From positions 93,423 to 157,422 of the forward strand of contig JAFEIJ010000005.1 of NCBI GenBank assembly GCA_017495115.1: a stretch of 64,000 nucleotides of DNA. The letters are read 5' to 3'. Below the pieces are notes generated by a model, which worked only from the letters and a program-made list of their open reading frames with translations, was not told where the DNA came from and ran no database searches. Positions 1 to 8,623 of the stretch are shown in pieces. Origin of the DNA: Chitinophagaceae bacterium (lineage in GTDB: Bacteria; Bacteroidota; Bacteroidia; Chitinophagales; JADJOU01). The first letter of the stretch is position 1, and every line of letters begins with the position of its first letter. A program made the position numbers and the translations under genes.

Positions 1-637
1 CTACATTCAGGTTGGATTTGTCAATCAATCGCAAGCGGCAACGACTTCGTTGTAATGCAATATCCTTGACACGCAAAAACTTTTCATTTTTTAAGACATC
101 TGATTCTTTAAATTGATAAGCAAACATGCGCATTGCCACTTTTAATCCATAATTTTCAAACAAATCTTGATAATATGGCGGATTGTAAGACATCATAATT
201 TTAGGCGCATCATCAAAACCCTCTATTAGTAAACCCGATTCATAGTTTGTAGAAGGATTTACAGGGCCTTGCAATACATGATTATCCAATAAATAATGCC
301 ACTCCACAACTTTATGAAGAAGCAAATCGGCCACTTCTTGGTCATGAATACATTCAAAAAAGCCAAAAAAGCCCACCTTACTACCATGAAATTCATTGTA
401 TTTCATATTATTGATGGCTGCAATTCGGCCCGCATCTTTCCCGTCTTTGATTGCCATAAAGCATTGAATAGCGCCTAATTGGTAAAATGGATGTTTTTTT
501 ACATCCAATCGTTGCCCAATTTCCATGCGCAAGGGTGCCACCCAAAAAGGATCATTTTGATAAATTTGATAGTCAAAGTTTATGAAGCGTTCCTTTTCTT
601 TTTTGTTTTTGAGGTCTATTTCGATGATTTCAATCAT
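1..637 (-). CDS. GNAT-like N-acetyltransferase family protein (partial; C-terminus runs off the window start)
   Basis: Hand translation of the minus strand from ATG (637-635): MIEIIEIDLKNKKEKERFINFDYQIYQNDPFWVAPLRMEIG...LQGPVNPSTNYESGLLIEGFDDAPKIMMSYNPPYY. It stays open to position 1. It resembles a widespread ~390-aa family usually annotated N-acetyltransferase. Not in the ORF track because it is truncated. Confidence 0.55.
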   Translation of the reverse strand, partial: MIEIIEIDLKNKKEKERFINFDYQIYQNDPFWVAPLRMEIGQRLDVKKHPFYQLGAIQCFMAIKDGKDAGRIAAINNMKYNEFHGSKVGFFGFFECIHDQEVADLLLHKVVEWHYLLDNHVLQGPVNPSTNYESGLLIEGFDDAPKIMMSYNPPYYQDLFENYGLKVAMRMFAYQFKESDVLKNEKFLRVKDIALQRSRCRLRLIDKSNLNV

Positions 638-854
638 AATTATCCAAAAATAAACCACTAAAATATGTGATTTTTTTTAAAATCAATATAAATTTTCAAA
701 GTTAACCAGCTCTTCAGGAGAAATTTTATAATAAAACCAAATTTATTAAAAAATATTGGAGATTAATTATAAAATAAATTGCAGCATAAAAACGTTTTAC
801 TAATTAAAAGTGACCGTTTGCAAAAAATTAGTTTACAAAAAAAATTAAAAGCTA

Positions 855-862
855 TATATTTG
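855..862 (+). promoter_or_regulatory. Candidate Bacteroidota -7 promoter element (TATATTTG, consensus TAnnTTTG) upstream of the PorP/SprF gene
   Basis: Exact TAnnTTTG match 44 nt upstream of the ATG at 906, in an AT-rich 268-bp intergenic region. Confidence 0.35.
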
Positions 863-905
863 TACGCATTTATTTGAATGAAAGAAGAACTCTAAAATTT
901 TAGAA

Positions 906-2006
906 ATGATTAAATTTGTTAGGATTTTATTTATAAGTATTATACACATTGTGTTTTTTCAAAATGCGATGGCTCAAGACCCCCATTTTTCTGTTTTTTA
1001 CGGAGTACCAATTGGTTTAAATCCAGCCTTTACAGGTAATTTTAATGGAAACTTTAGAGTTGGAGCGCAATATCGCGACCAATGGTCTGCCATTGGAAGT
1101 AACGATGGCGGCGTGGCAGGATACAAAACGGGTTTAATGAGTTTTGAAGCCAGAACAAATCGTGGAATAGATGAAAATGACTTAGTAGGTTTTGGGGGAC
1201 TTTTTATGTATGATGTGGCAGGAAGTAGCCGTTTACGAAATACAAAATATGCGATTTCAGGATCGTATCGAAAAGCTTTAGATGAGTATGGTGATCACTT
1301 TATTGCTATTGGTGGTCAATTAGGCATGATACAGAAAACAATTGATTTATCTGGTTTAAAATGGCCTTCTCAGTGGGATGGAACGCAATATAATCCTTCA
1401 AGCAATTCGGGAGAAAATCTAGCGGGATTAGATAACAATATTTCTTTTTATGATATGAGTGCGGGTTTGATGTGGGGTTATAATGTTTATGACACAAGAC
1501 ATCGTGTTTTTGCGGGTTTAGCATTAATGCATATTAATGAACCAAATCAAAGTTTTTATACCAATAATCAAACATTTGATGCTAAGTTGCCGATGAAAAT
1601 TAATTTTAATATTGGTGCAGGAATTCAACTTTCCGAAAGAATCGATGTGATGCCTAAGTTTTTATATATGAAACAAGGACAAAATATGGAGTCTATTTTT
1701 GGTTCGGACGTTCGTTTTGTATTTGATCCAGATGATCCAATGGGGAATTCATTTTATGTTGGATTATTAGGAAGAATGGTAGGAGGCGATCCTCAATTGC
1801 CAAATTCATCAGGAATTAATTTTGAATCACTTATTGCTACGGCGCGTGTCGATTATAACAATTTAGAAATTGGAGCGGCGTATGATTTTGGTGTTTCTCA
1901 GCTTAAAAATTACATCTCTTATCAAGGAGGTTTTGAAGTTTATTTCAATTATACATTTAAAATAGAATCGAATAGTCAAAGAAAAATGTTTTGTCCTAAA
2001 TTCTAA
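906..2006 (+). CDS. PorP/SprF family type IX secretion system outer-membrane protein
   Basis: Signal peptide, then the family signature AQDPHFSVFYGVPIGLNPAFTGNFNGNFRVGAQYRDQWSAIG. About 366 aa with beta-strand-like alternation and a C-terminal aromatic residue. Confidence 0.8.
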   Translation: MIKFVRILFISIIHIVFFQNAMAQDPHFSVFYGVPIGLNPAFTGNFNGNFRVGAQYRDQWSAIGSNDGGVAGYKTGLMSFEARTNRGIDENDLVGFGGLFMYDVAGSSRLRNTKYAISGSYRKALDEYGDHFIAIGGQLGMIQKTIDLSGLKWPSQWDGTQYNPSSNSGENLAGLDNNISFYDMSAGLMWGYNVYDTRHRVFAGLALMHINEPNQSFYTNNQTFDAKLPMKINFNIGAGIQLSERIDVMPKFLYMKQGQNMESIFGSDVRFVFDPDDPMGNSFYVGLLGRMVGGDPQLPNSSGINFESLIATARVDYNNLEIGAAYDFGVSQLKNYISYQGGFEVYFNYTFKIESNSQRKMFCPKF

Positions 2007-2011
2007 AGGTT

Positions 2012-3277
2012 TTGAAAAAATCATTTTTTGCGATTTTATTGCTAACTTCCCTTTTTGGTAGTTTAAATGCCAGTCGGATTATAATTCCGATGGACGAGGT
2101 TCAAAAAAATCATTTAAAAGCATATGGAATTGCGTATTGGGTAATTTCAAAAGATCTCCCCGTAGATTGGATGCTTAATTACCGAGGAGGTAGTTTTAGT
2201 TTTATTCATGCGGATATTATTGAAAAAGAATGTATTATTCGAGGGGTTTCCTATGAAATTGTTTCAGATCAAAATTATGAAGGCATTTTAGCCGAAATTT
2301 CAAGAAATGATGTGAATCAAGATATTATCAAATTAGAAGTTGCTCCTAAAATTGCGGTGTATTCGCCTAAATCAAAATTGCCATGGGATGATGCGGTTAC
2401 CTTAGTATTAACCTATGCTGAAATTCCTTATGATGTGATTTATGATTCTGAAATCCTCACCGATCAATTGCCAAAATACAACTGGCTTCATTTACACCAC
2501 GAAGATTTTACGGGGCAATATGGAAAATTTTATGCCCAATATCGTGGTCATGAATGGTATCAAAAAGATCAAGCCGAACAAGAAGCCGTAGCCAAAAGTT
2601 TTAATTTTAATAAGGTTTCAAAAATGAAATTGGCGGTAGCCAAAAGAATGCGAGATTTTGTAGTCGGAGGCGGTTTTCTATTTGCGATGTGCTCGGCAAC
2701 CGATAGTTATGATATTGCGCTTTGTTCTGAAGGTACCGACATTTGTGAACATGTCTTTGATTATGACCCCATAGACCCCAATTATACTTCAAAATTAGAT
2801 TTTTCAAAATCATTTGCATTTAAAGACTATCAATTGCACACGAGTCCATTTGTATATGAATACAGCACGATTGATCGTTCGCCTGTTAATGGCAAAACGA
2901 TAGATGAGTCTGAAGATTATTTTTTATTATTTGATTTTTCGGCAAAATGGGACCATGTTCCAACCATGTTGACACAAAATCATAGTCGTATAATTAAAGG
3001 TTTCATGGGACAAACCACAGCTTACGATAAAAGTTTTGTAAAAAAAGATGTACTTATATTAGGCGAAAATAAAGCGAATAACGAAGCGCGCTATATTCAT
3101 GGAACACAAGGTCTTGGAATGTGGACCTTTTATGGAGGTCATGACCCCGAAGATTATCAGCATTTTGTGGGCGACCCAAAAACAGATTTAAATCTTCATC
3201 CCAATTCGCCGGGTTATCGTTTGATATTAAATAATGTTTTGTTTCCTGCGGCCAAAAAGAAAAAACAAAAAACCTAA
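2012..3277 (+). CDS. Secreted conserved Bacteroidota protein with a possible class-I glutamine-amidotransferase-like fold (relatives are often annotated 'asparagine synthetase B')
   Basis: TTG start 5 nt after the porP-like stop. Signal peptide MKKSFFAILLLTSLFGSLNA. Nucleophile-elbow-like GGGFLFAMCSATDSYD. The product name is from memory of similar annotations only. Confidence 0.35.
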   Translation: MKKSFFAILLLTSLFGSLNASRIIIPMDEVQKNHLKAYGIAYWVISKDLPVDWMLNYRGGSFSFIHADIIEKECIIRGVSYEIVSDQNYEGILAEISRNDVNQDIIKLEVAPKIAVYSPKSKLPWDDAVTLVLTYAEIPYDVIYDSEILTDQLPKYNWLHLHHEDFTGQYGKFYAQYRGHEWYQKDQAEQEAVAKSFNFNKVSKMKLAVAKRMRDFVVGGGFLFAMCSATDSYDIALCSEGTDICEHVFDYDPIDPNYTSKLDFSKSFAFKDYQLHTSPFVYEYSTIDRSPVNGKTIDESEDYFLLFDFSAKWDHVPTMLTQNHSRIIKGFMGQTTAYDKSFVKKDVLILGENKANNEARYIHGTQGLGMWTFYGGHDPEDYQHFVGDPKTDLNLHPNSPGYRLILNNVLFPAAKKKKQKT

Positions 3278-3280
3278 TAC

Positions 3281-3730
3281 GTGCAACCACTTCCTGAAGA
3301 TTTTGAAAAATTAAAATCCGTTCCATCTAAAAAGTTGGATGATTTTTTTGAAAAAGAACATCAATCTGTTTTCGAAAAAACAAATTGCTTGGAGTGTGCC
3401 AATTGTTGCAAAAATTACAGTCCAATAATCGAACCCGACGAGATTTCAGAATTAATAAAGCATATGGGCGTTTCTTCAACAGATTTTTGGGCAAAATACG
3501 TTGAGATGGATCAAGATGGCGATTTTGTTTTTAAATCGCAGCCTTGTCCTAATTTAGATTTAGATACGAATTATTGTAAAATATACGAAAACAGACCTCG
3601 TGCTTGTCGCGAATATCCGCATACCAATCACAAAAAAATGAATGCGCATCTCGATTTACTTCAAATTAATATAGAAATTTGCCCAGCCGCATCTCAAATA
3701 GTACAAAATATTATAGATAAAATTTCATAA
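3281..3730 (+). CDS. YkgJ family cysteine-cluster protein (UPF0153)
   Basis: CLECANCCKNY ... CPNLD...YCKIYENRPRACREYP cysteine pattern typical of the YkgJ/CxxCxxCC family. GTG start. Confidence 0.7.
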   Translation: MQPLPEDFEKLKSVPSKKLDDFFEKEHQSVFEKTNCLECANCCKNYSPIIEPDEISELIKHMGVSSTDFWAKYVEMDQDGDFVFKSQPCPNLDLDTNYCKIYENRPRACREYPHTNHKKMNAHLDLLQINIEICPAASQIVQNIIDKIS

Positions 3731-3775
3731 TTTTTATTTAAAAACTTTAATTTTGTAAGATTTAAAATCTTCAAA

Positions 3776-6700
3776 ATGAGGTATCTTTATTGTTTGTTTT
3801 TATCTTTAACTTGCTCATTAAGCGCATTTGCTCAATATTTTCAAAGTCCAGATAATCCATATTATTGGAAGAATAAAAAACCGTATCCCAATTATTGGCA
3901 ACAAGACATTGAATACCATATTAATGCGAGCCTCGATGAACGATTAGAAATTATTTCGGGAGTTGAAAAAATTGTTTATACCAATAATTCGCCAGACACC
4001 TTGTTCGAACTTTTTTTTAATTTATATCAAAATGCATTCCTAAAAAATTCATATTTAACCGATTTGCAAAATGCAAATGGTGTGCATCCAAAATTTGGAT
4101 ATTGGGAAAGCCAAAATAAAGGCAATGAAATTCGATCTTTAAAAGTGGATGGTTTGCATTGTCGTCAAGAAATAGATGGAAGTATCATGCGTGTGGCATT
4201 AAATAAGCCAATAGCGCCAAATACAAAAGTAGAAATCGAAATCGATTTTAAAACCTATTACAGTATGGGTGGCGATACAAGACGAAGAATGAAGCGTTAT
4301 ATACATCAAAATCGAAAACATTTTAATGGAGCGCATTGGTATCCGAGATTGGCGGTTTACGATCGAAAATTCAAATGGTGCACGGATCAGCATTTGAATA
4401 GAGAATTTTATGGCGATTTTGGAGATTATTATGTCAATTTAACTTTTCCAGCAGATTATATCGTTGAAGCCACAGGTTTATTGCAAAATCAAAAGGAAGT
4501 ACTTCCGGATATATTGAGAAAAAAGCTTGATTTGTCCAATTACTGGAATTTACCTTGGGATACTGCGGTTACATTTCATCAAAAAATAGACAGTGGAGCT
4601 ACTAAAACATGGCGATATGTTGCGCATAATGTGCATGATTTTGCTTGGATTGCTGGTCCACATTATCGTATTCACGATTCTACCGCTAATGGCTTTCAAG
4701 TGGTCGCTTTGGTGCTTGAGCCTCACGCTTCAGGTTGGAAAACGGCTATTGATTTTACTCGAAATGTAATGGATGTTTATCAAAAAGATATTGGGAAATA
4801 TGCATATCCAAAAATGGTTGTGGCTGATTGCCAAGACGGTATGGAATACCCCATGCTCACTATGGATGGCGGTTCCGAACCAGGATATCGTAAGTTATTA
4901 GCTCATGAAGTTGGGCATAATTGGTTTTACGGCATGGTCAATAATAATGAAACCTACCGAGCTATGCTCGATGAAGGATTTACGCAATTCCTTACGGTTT
5001 GGGCTTTAGAAGCCATTGATGGCAAATATATTAAACAAAATGTATCTAAAAATAAATTAGCAAATAAAGTGCACGAACACACGTGTTCGCGCGAAGCCAA
5101 TATTTATAATGGATATATGTATGATGCCATGCGTTTGCGCGATCCTTCTTTAAATACCCATTCGGATGGATTTAACGGCGCTTTAGGTCAGGGTGGAGGA
5201 TATGGACATGTATATACAAAAACGGCAACAATGTTGTATAACTTACAGTACGTACTTGGAGATGCTTTGTTTTTAAATGCCATGCAGCATTATTTTAATC
5301 AATGGAGTTTTTGCCATCCTTACATCGAAGATTTTAGACAGAGTATTATCGATTATACTAAAGTAGATTTAAATTGGTTTTTTGACCAATGGATAGAAAC
5401 TTCTAAACATATTGATTATAAACTCTCTAAGCCAAAACTTTTGGATTCCAATTTTAATTATGAATTAAAGCTTAAACGAAAAGGCGAGCTGCAAATGCCT
5501 TTAGATTTAACATTTCAAGGTAAATCAGGCAATCGTTACCATTTTTATATTCCAAATACGTGGTGGCAAAAAGAAACAAAAGCAAAGCCGCTTCAACGTT
5601 GGATAGGATGGGATAATAACTTAAAAACGACTTATAAAACATCGATTCATATTGGAGAACCGATTGTTTATGGAACTATTGACACCTCAAGAAGATTAGC
5701 AGATATCAATGCGCTAAACAACAGTACAAAGTTACCAGTTAAAACAAGATTGGATCATTTAATGGGCTATACGATTGATCGACATACCTATAATGTAAAC
5801 CTTAGACCTGATTTATGGTATAACAATACTGATGGTATAAAATTTGGTATTCATGCCGATGGAAACTATATGCGATTTTTTCATAATTTTGAAGCGGACG
5901 TTTGGTTTAATTCAAGAATTGGCCAATCTTGGATTCGTGAACAAAGTTTTGGTGGCAGTATTTATGATCCCATTGCATTTCGATTTAGCTATAGTCATCC
6001 TCTTGATAAATGGATTAAAAATAGCACAATTTTTATTCAAACAAAATGGATGGACGGCATCGTAGGAGCTAAATTGGCTTTAAACAAAATATTCTCGGAT
6101 AAATTACAAACCTATATTTCGTTTAAAACATTTGGATTGACGAATGATTATAGTTTAAATTATCAATATTTGCCAGATTTGGCTCGATCTAATGGAATGA
6201 ATACAAGTTTGAGTTTGGGTTTTAATTTTAATAATGTTTTTTCAAATATTTACCAAAAAAGCCGTCTCGAAATCCGAACAAGTTTGCTTAATCAAAATAG
6301 TTACAGTTATATTTCTTCTGAAAATACGTTTAAAAAATGGCTCGGACGCACGTTGCTATCTTCAAGATTTTTTGGACGAATTGGGGTGCATGCTTCTGAA
6401 AATGGTCCAGCATTTAATTCATTACTTAATGCTGGTGGTGCCAATACCGAAGAGCTTCTCGAGGATGAATTTATGCGAGCGGTGGGGATTTTTCCAAACG
6501 AGTTATTTAACGCATCTTCAAATAATGCCTACCATCTTCAAATTGCAGGAGGCACGAATTTGCGTGGTTATGCATTTCGAAGAAATATTGTAGATGGAAC
6601 AAATAACTATCAATTACTTGGTTACAATTCGGGGTATTCTGCAAATTTTGAGTTCTTTTTCCATCATTTAAGTCCTATTAAATTTAGAAAAATAGCTCCA

Positions 6701-6964
6701 ATAATTGGTTTTGAAACGTATTTATTTTCGGATATTGGTCAATTGGCTAATACGTTGCAAGATTTTAAATTTAATGCAACACCAATATTGGCTGATGCAG
6801 GAATTGGCGCTGCGATTCATGTAAAAAGATGGGGGCAATTTGCCAAAGCCAATCCTTTATATTTTAGATTTGATATGCCATTATACGTATCGCATCCAAA
6901 TCAAAACGACCAAAATCAGCATTTTGCTTTTCGTTGGTTAATTGGAGTTGGAAGGAGTTTTTGA
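3776..6964 (+). CDS. M1 family zinc metallopeptidase with a long C-terminal beta-barrel-like (Omp85/surface-antigen-like) extension
   Basis: Signal peptide ...SAFAQ. Gluzincin motif HEVGHNWFYG...(18 aa)...LDEGFTQF. The C-terminal ~400 aa has alternating hydrophobic strands, a GGTNLRGYAFRR motif and a terminal ...IGVGRSF (C-terminal Phe). Confidence 0.8.
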   Translation: MRYLYCLFLSLTCSLSAFAQYFQSPDNPYYWKNKKPYPNYWQQDIEYHINASLDERLEIISGVEKIVYTNNSPDTLFELFFNLYQNAFLKNSYLTDLQNANGVHPKFGYWESQNKGNEIRSLKVDGLHCRQEIDGSIMRVALNKPIAPNTKVEIEIDFKTYYSMGGDTRRRMKRYIHQNRKHFNGAHWYPRLAVYDRKFKWCTDQHLNREFYGDFGDYYVNLTFPADYIVEATGLLQNQKEVLPDILRKKLDLSNYWNLPWDTAVTFHQKIDSGATKTWRYVAHNVHDFAWIAGPHYRIHDSTANGFQVVALVLEPHASGWKTAIDFTRNVMDVYQKDIGKYAYPKMVVADCQDGMEYPMLTMDGGSEPGYRKLLAHEVGHNWFYGMVNNNETYRAMLDEGFTQFLTVWALEAIDGKYIKQNVSKNKLANKVHEHTCSREANIYNGYMYDAMRLRDPSLNTHSDGFNGALGQGGGYGHVYTKTATMLYNLQYVLGDALFLNAMQHYFNQWSFCHPYIEDFRQSIIDYTKVDLNWFFDQWIETSKHIDYKLSKPKLLDSNFNYELKLKRKGELQMPLDLTFQGKSGNRYHFYIPNTWWQKETKAKPLQRWIGWDNNLKTTYKTSIHIGEPIVYGTIDTSRRLADINALNNSTKLPVKTRLDHLMGYTIDRHTYNVNLRPDLWYNNTDGIKFGIHADGNYMRFFHNFEADVWFNSRIGQSWIREQSFGGSIYDPIAFRFSYSHPLDKWIKNSTIFIQTKWMDGIVGAKLALNKIFSDKLQTYISFKTFGLTNDYSLNYQYLPDLARSNGMNTSLSLGFNFNNVFSNIYQKSRLEIRTSLLNQNSYSYISSENTFKKWLGRTLLSSRFFGRIGVHASENGPAFNSLLNAGGANTEELLEDEFMRAVGIFPNELFNASSNNAYHLQIAGGTNLRGYAFRRNIVDGTNNYQLLGYNSGYSANFEFFFHHLSPIKFRKIAPIIGFETYLFSDIGQLANTLQDFKFNATPILADAGIGAAIHVKRWGQFAKANPLYFRFDMPLYVSHPNQNDQNQHFAFRWLIGVGRSF

Positions 6965-6995
6965 TAAAATTATTAAATCTTTGTATTCTAGTTTT

Positions 6996-8126
6996 CTAGT
7001 AAGATAATGGATGTTCTTCTAAATATAAATAAAACATTATTAACTGAAGAATTAAGAAAATAAAAATTAAAATATATTTGAATTTTTTTGAATACATTTT
7101 ATTTGAAATTGGATAAAATAATGGAAAAATAATACTTGAATATCGATGAATGGAAATTATACTGCCTGCAATTAATGGAAGCAAAAGTTGGGATAAAATA
7201 AAAAAGCTAAATGAAAAGCTATGGATTTTAATACATTGGTAAATAGCTATTAATATTAATATTATAAATAGAAAAGACAAGAACTGTACTTCAAGGGTGT
7301 TATTGTAAAATAAGCTCTTATAAGGCATTTGTATAGACTTGTTCCAACCTTTTTGAGCAATACTAAAAGCAAACAAACTTCCAGTATGTTTAAATTGATA
7401 TAAAGACCAACAAGAAAAACTAATTAACGAAATGAATGGAATAAAAATTTCTTTATTTTGAAAATAGGTATCTAATCTAAAGAGCTCGTTAATTTTAATT
7501 TTATTAATTTCGATTATGTAAAATATAAAAGGAATAATTAGTAAAATGCCATTTGGTCTAATTAATGGTATTAAAAGCATGCATATACTAAAAATAAATA
7601 AACGATTTTGTTTTATTGAATTATAAGAAATAAGAACAATAGCTAAAAATAAACTTTCAGTATAAAATATGGAAAAGTAGAAATTGAAAGGAAAAGTTGC
7701 AAAAAAAATTGTACTGTAAAGAGCCTTATTTGTATTATTAAATTTATCTAACAAAAATAAATAAAGATGTTTTAATACAAAATAGTTGAAAATTAAACTT
7801 AAAATAAAAGCAGATAAATAAAAATTAATATTTAATATTTTCATTAAAATTGAAATCAAAAAAGGATATAATGGAAAAAATGCCCATTCACTTTGCCTAT
7901 AATTGTTAGCATCTATTTTTATTGAATCTTCAAAATTTAAAGTCGATTCATATCCGTTTTCTACTATTCCTTTATACCATCCACAGTCATTTTTACAAAA
8001 TAAACTTGTAAAATCTTCTAAACGAGATACATTTATATTTTGAGAATGTACATAAAGCGTCCCAAATGAAATGTATATGAGTTTTAATCCTAATATAATT
8101 ACTATGATTTTTAATTTATAATGCAT
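6996..8126 (-). CDS. Polytopic membrane protein, possible PIG-V/GT-C-like mannosyltransferase
   Basis: At least 9 predicted hydrophobic helices. The motif EWAFFPLYPFLI recalls the bacterial PIG-V-like mannosyltransferase family. Extremely AT-rich. Confidence 0.4.
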   Translation of the reverse strand: MHYKLKIIVIILGLKLIYISFGTLYVHSQNINVSRLEDFTSLFCKNDCGWYKGIVENGYESTLNFEDSIKIDANNYRQSEWAFFPLYPFLISILMKILNINFYLSAFILSLIFNYFVLKHLYLFLLDKFNNTNKALYSTIFFATFPFNFYFSIFYTESLFLAIVLISYNSIKQNRLFIFSICMLLIPLIRPNGILLIIPFIFYIIEINKIKINELFRLDTYFQNKEIFIPFISLISFSCWSLYQFKHTGSLFAFSIAQKGWNKSIQMPYKSLFYNNTLEVQFLSFLFIILILIAIYQCIKIHSFSFSFFILSQLLLPLIAGSIISIHRYSSIIFPLFYPISNKMYSKKFKYILIFIFLILQLIMFYLYLEEHPLSY

Positions 8127-8156
8127 AGTTTAAAATATAATAAACTTCTATTTCGT

Positions 8157-8573
8157 TTAATGTTTCTGTTTGATTCCTAATTGATGCCCAAGATACGCCA
8201 TTGGAATATAGGCTAGAAATAAGTCTAGTATGTTAAACCAAAGTGGTGAGGGTACCGAAAATACCATTGAAATACCACCAATAAGAAATACAACACCAAC
8301 GGTTAAACTTAATCGCAATTTTTTAGTTAAAAATCCAACAATTAAAGCGCCAATTAATGTTCCAATGGCATGGGCTAAAAAAGGAGCTAAAAAATGTATG
8401 GGTTCAAAAAATGGCATTGCTTTTTCAAGACCTTCGGGTGAATTTAAATCAAACCCAGAAGGAGGAGGAATGATTTTCATCATGAATTCAAGTATGCTCA
8501 TATTAACAATTCCACCAACGATAAGACCAAAAATTAAGGAAAAGATATTTTTTAAAATTTCTTTATAATTCAT
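8157..8573 (-). CDS. Small integral membrane protein, unknown function
   Basis: 138-aa ORF with 4 hydrophobic segments and coherent coding. The antisense + ORF 8230..8568 is judged an artefact. Confidence 0.5.
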   Translation of the reverse strand: MNYKEILKNIFSLIFGLIVGGIVNMSILEFMMKIIPPPSGFDLNSPEGLEKAMPFFEPIHFLAPFLAHAIGTLIGALIVGFLTKKLRLSLTVGVVFLIGGISMVFSVPSPLWFNILDLFLAYIPMAYLGHQLGIKQKH

Positions 8574-8585
8574 ATGATTTCTTTT

Positions 8586-8612
8586 AAAAAAATAGCCTCT
8601 AAAAAGAGGCTA
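8586..8612 (-). terminator. Rho-independent terminator after the PLP-enzyme gene
   Basis: Perfect 8-bp stem TAGCCTCT/AGAGGCTA (8593-8600 / 8605-8612) with a 4-nt loop, followed on the minus strand by U7 (the A7 run at 8586-8592). Confidence 0.6.
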
Positions 8613-8623
8613 CTGTAATTTAA

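Noticed and set aside
296-661. Two 60-aa + strand ORFs from the track (296..478, 479..661)
   Set aside because: They lie antisense to a clearly coding minus-strand gene (the GNAT-like family protein, hand-translated, open from 637 to position 1). Their sequences are low-complexity and motif-free.
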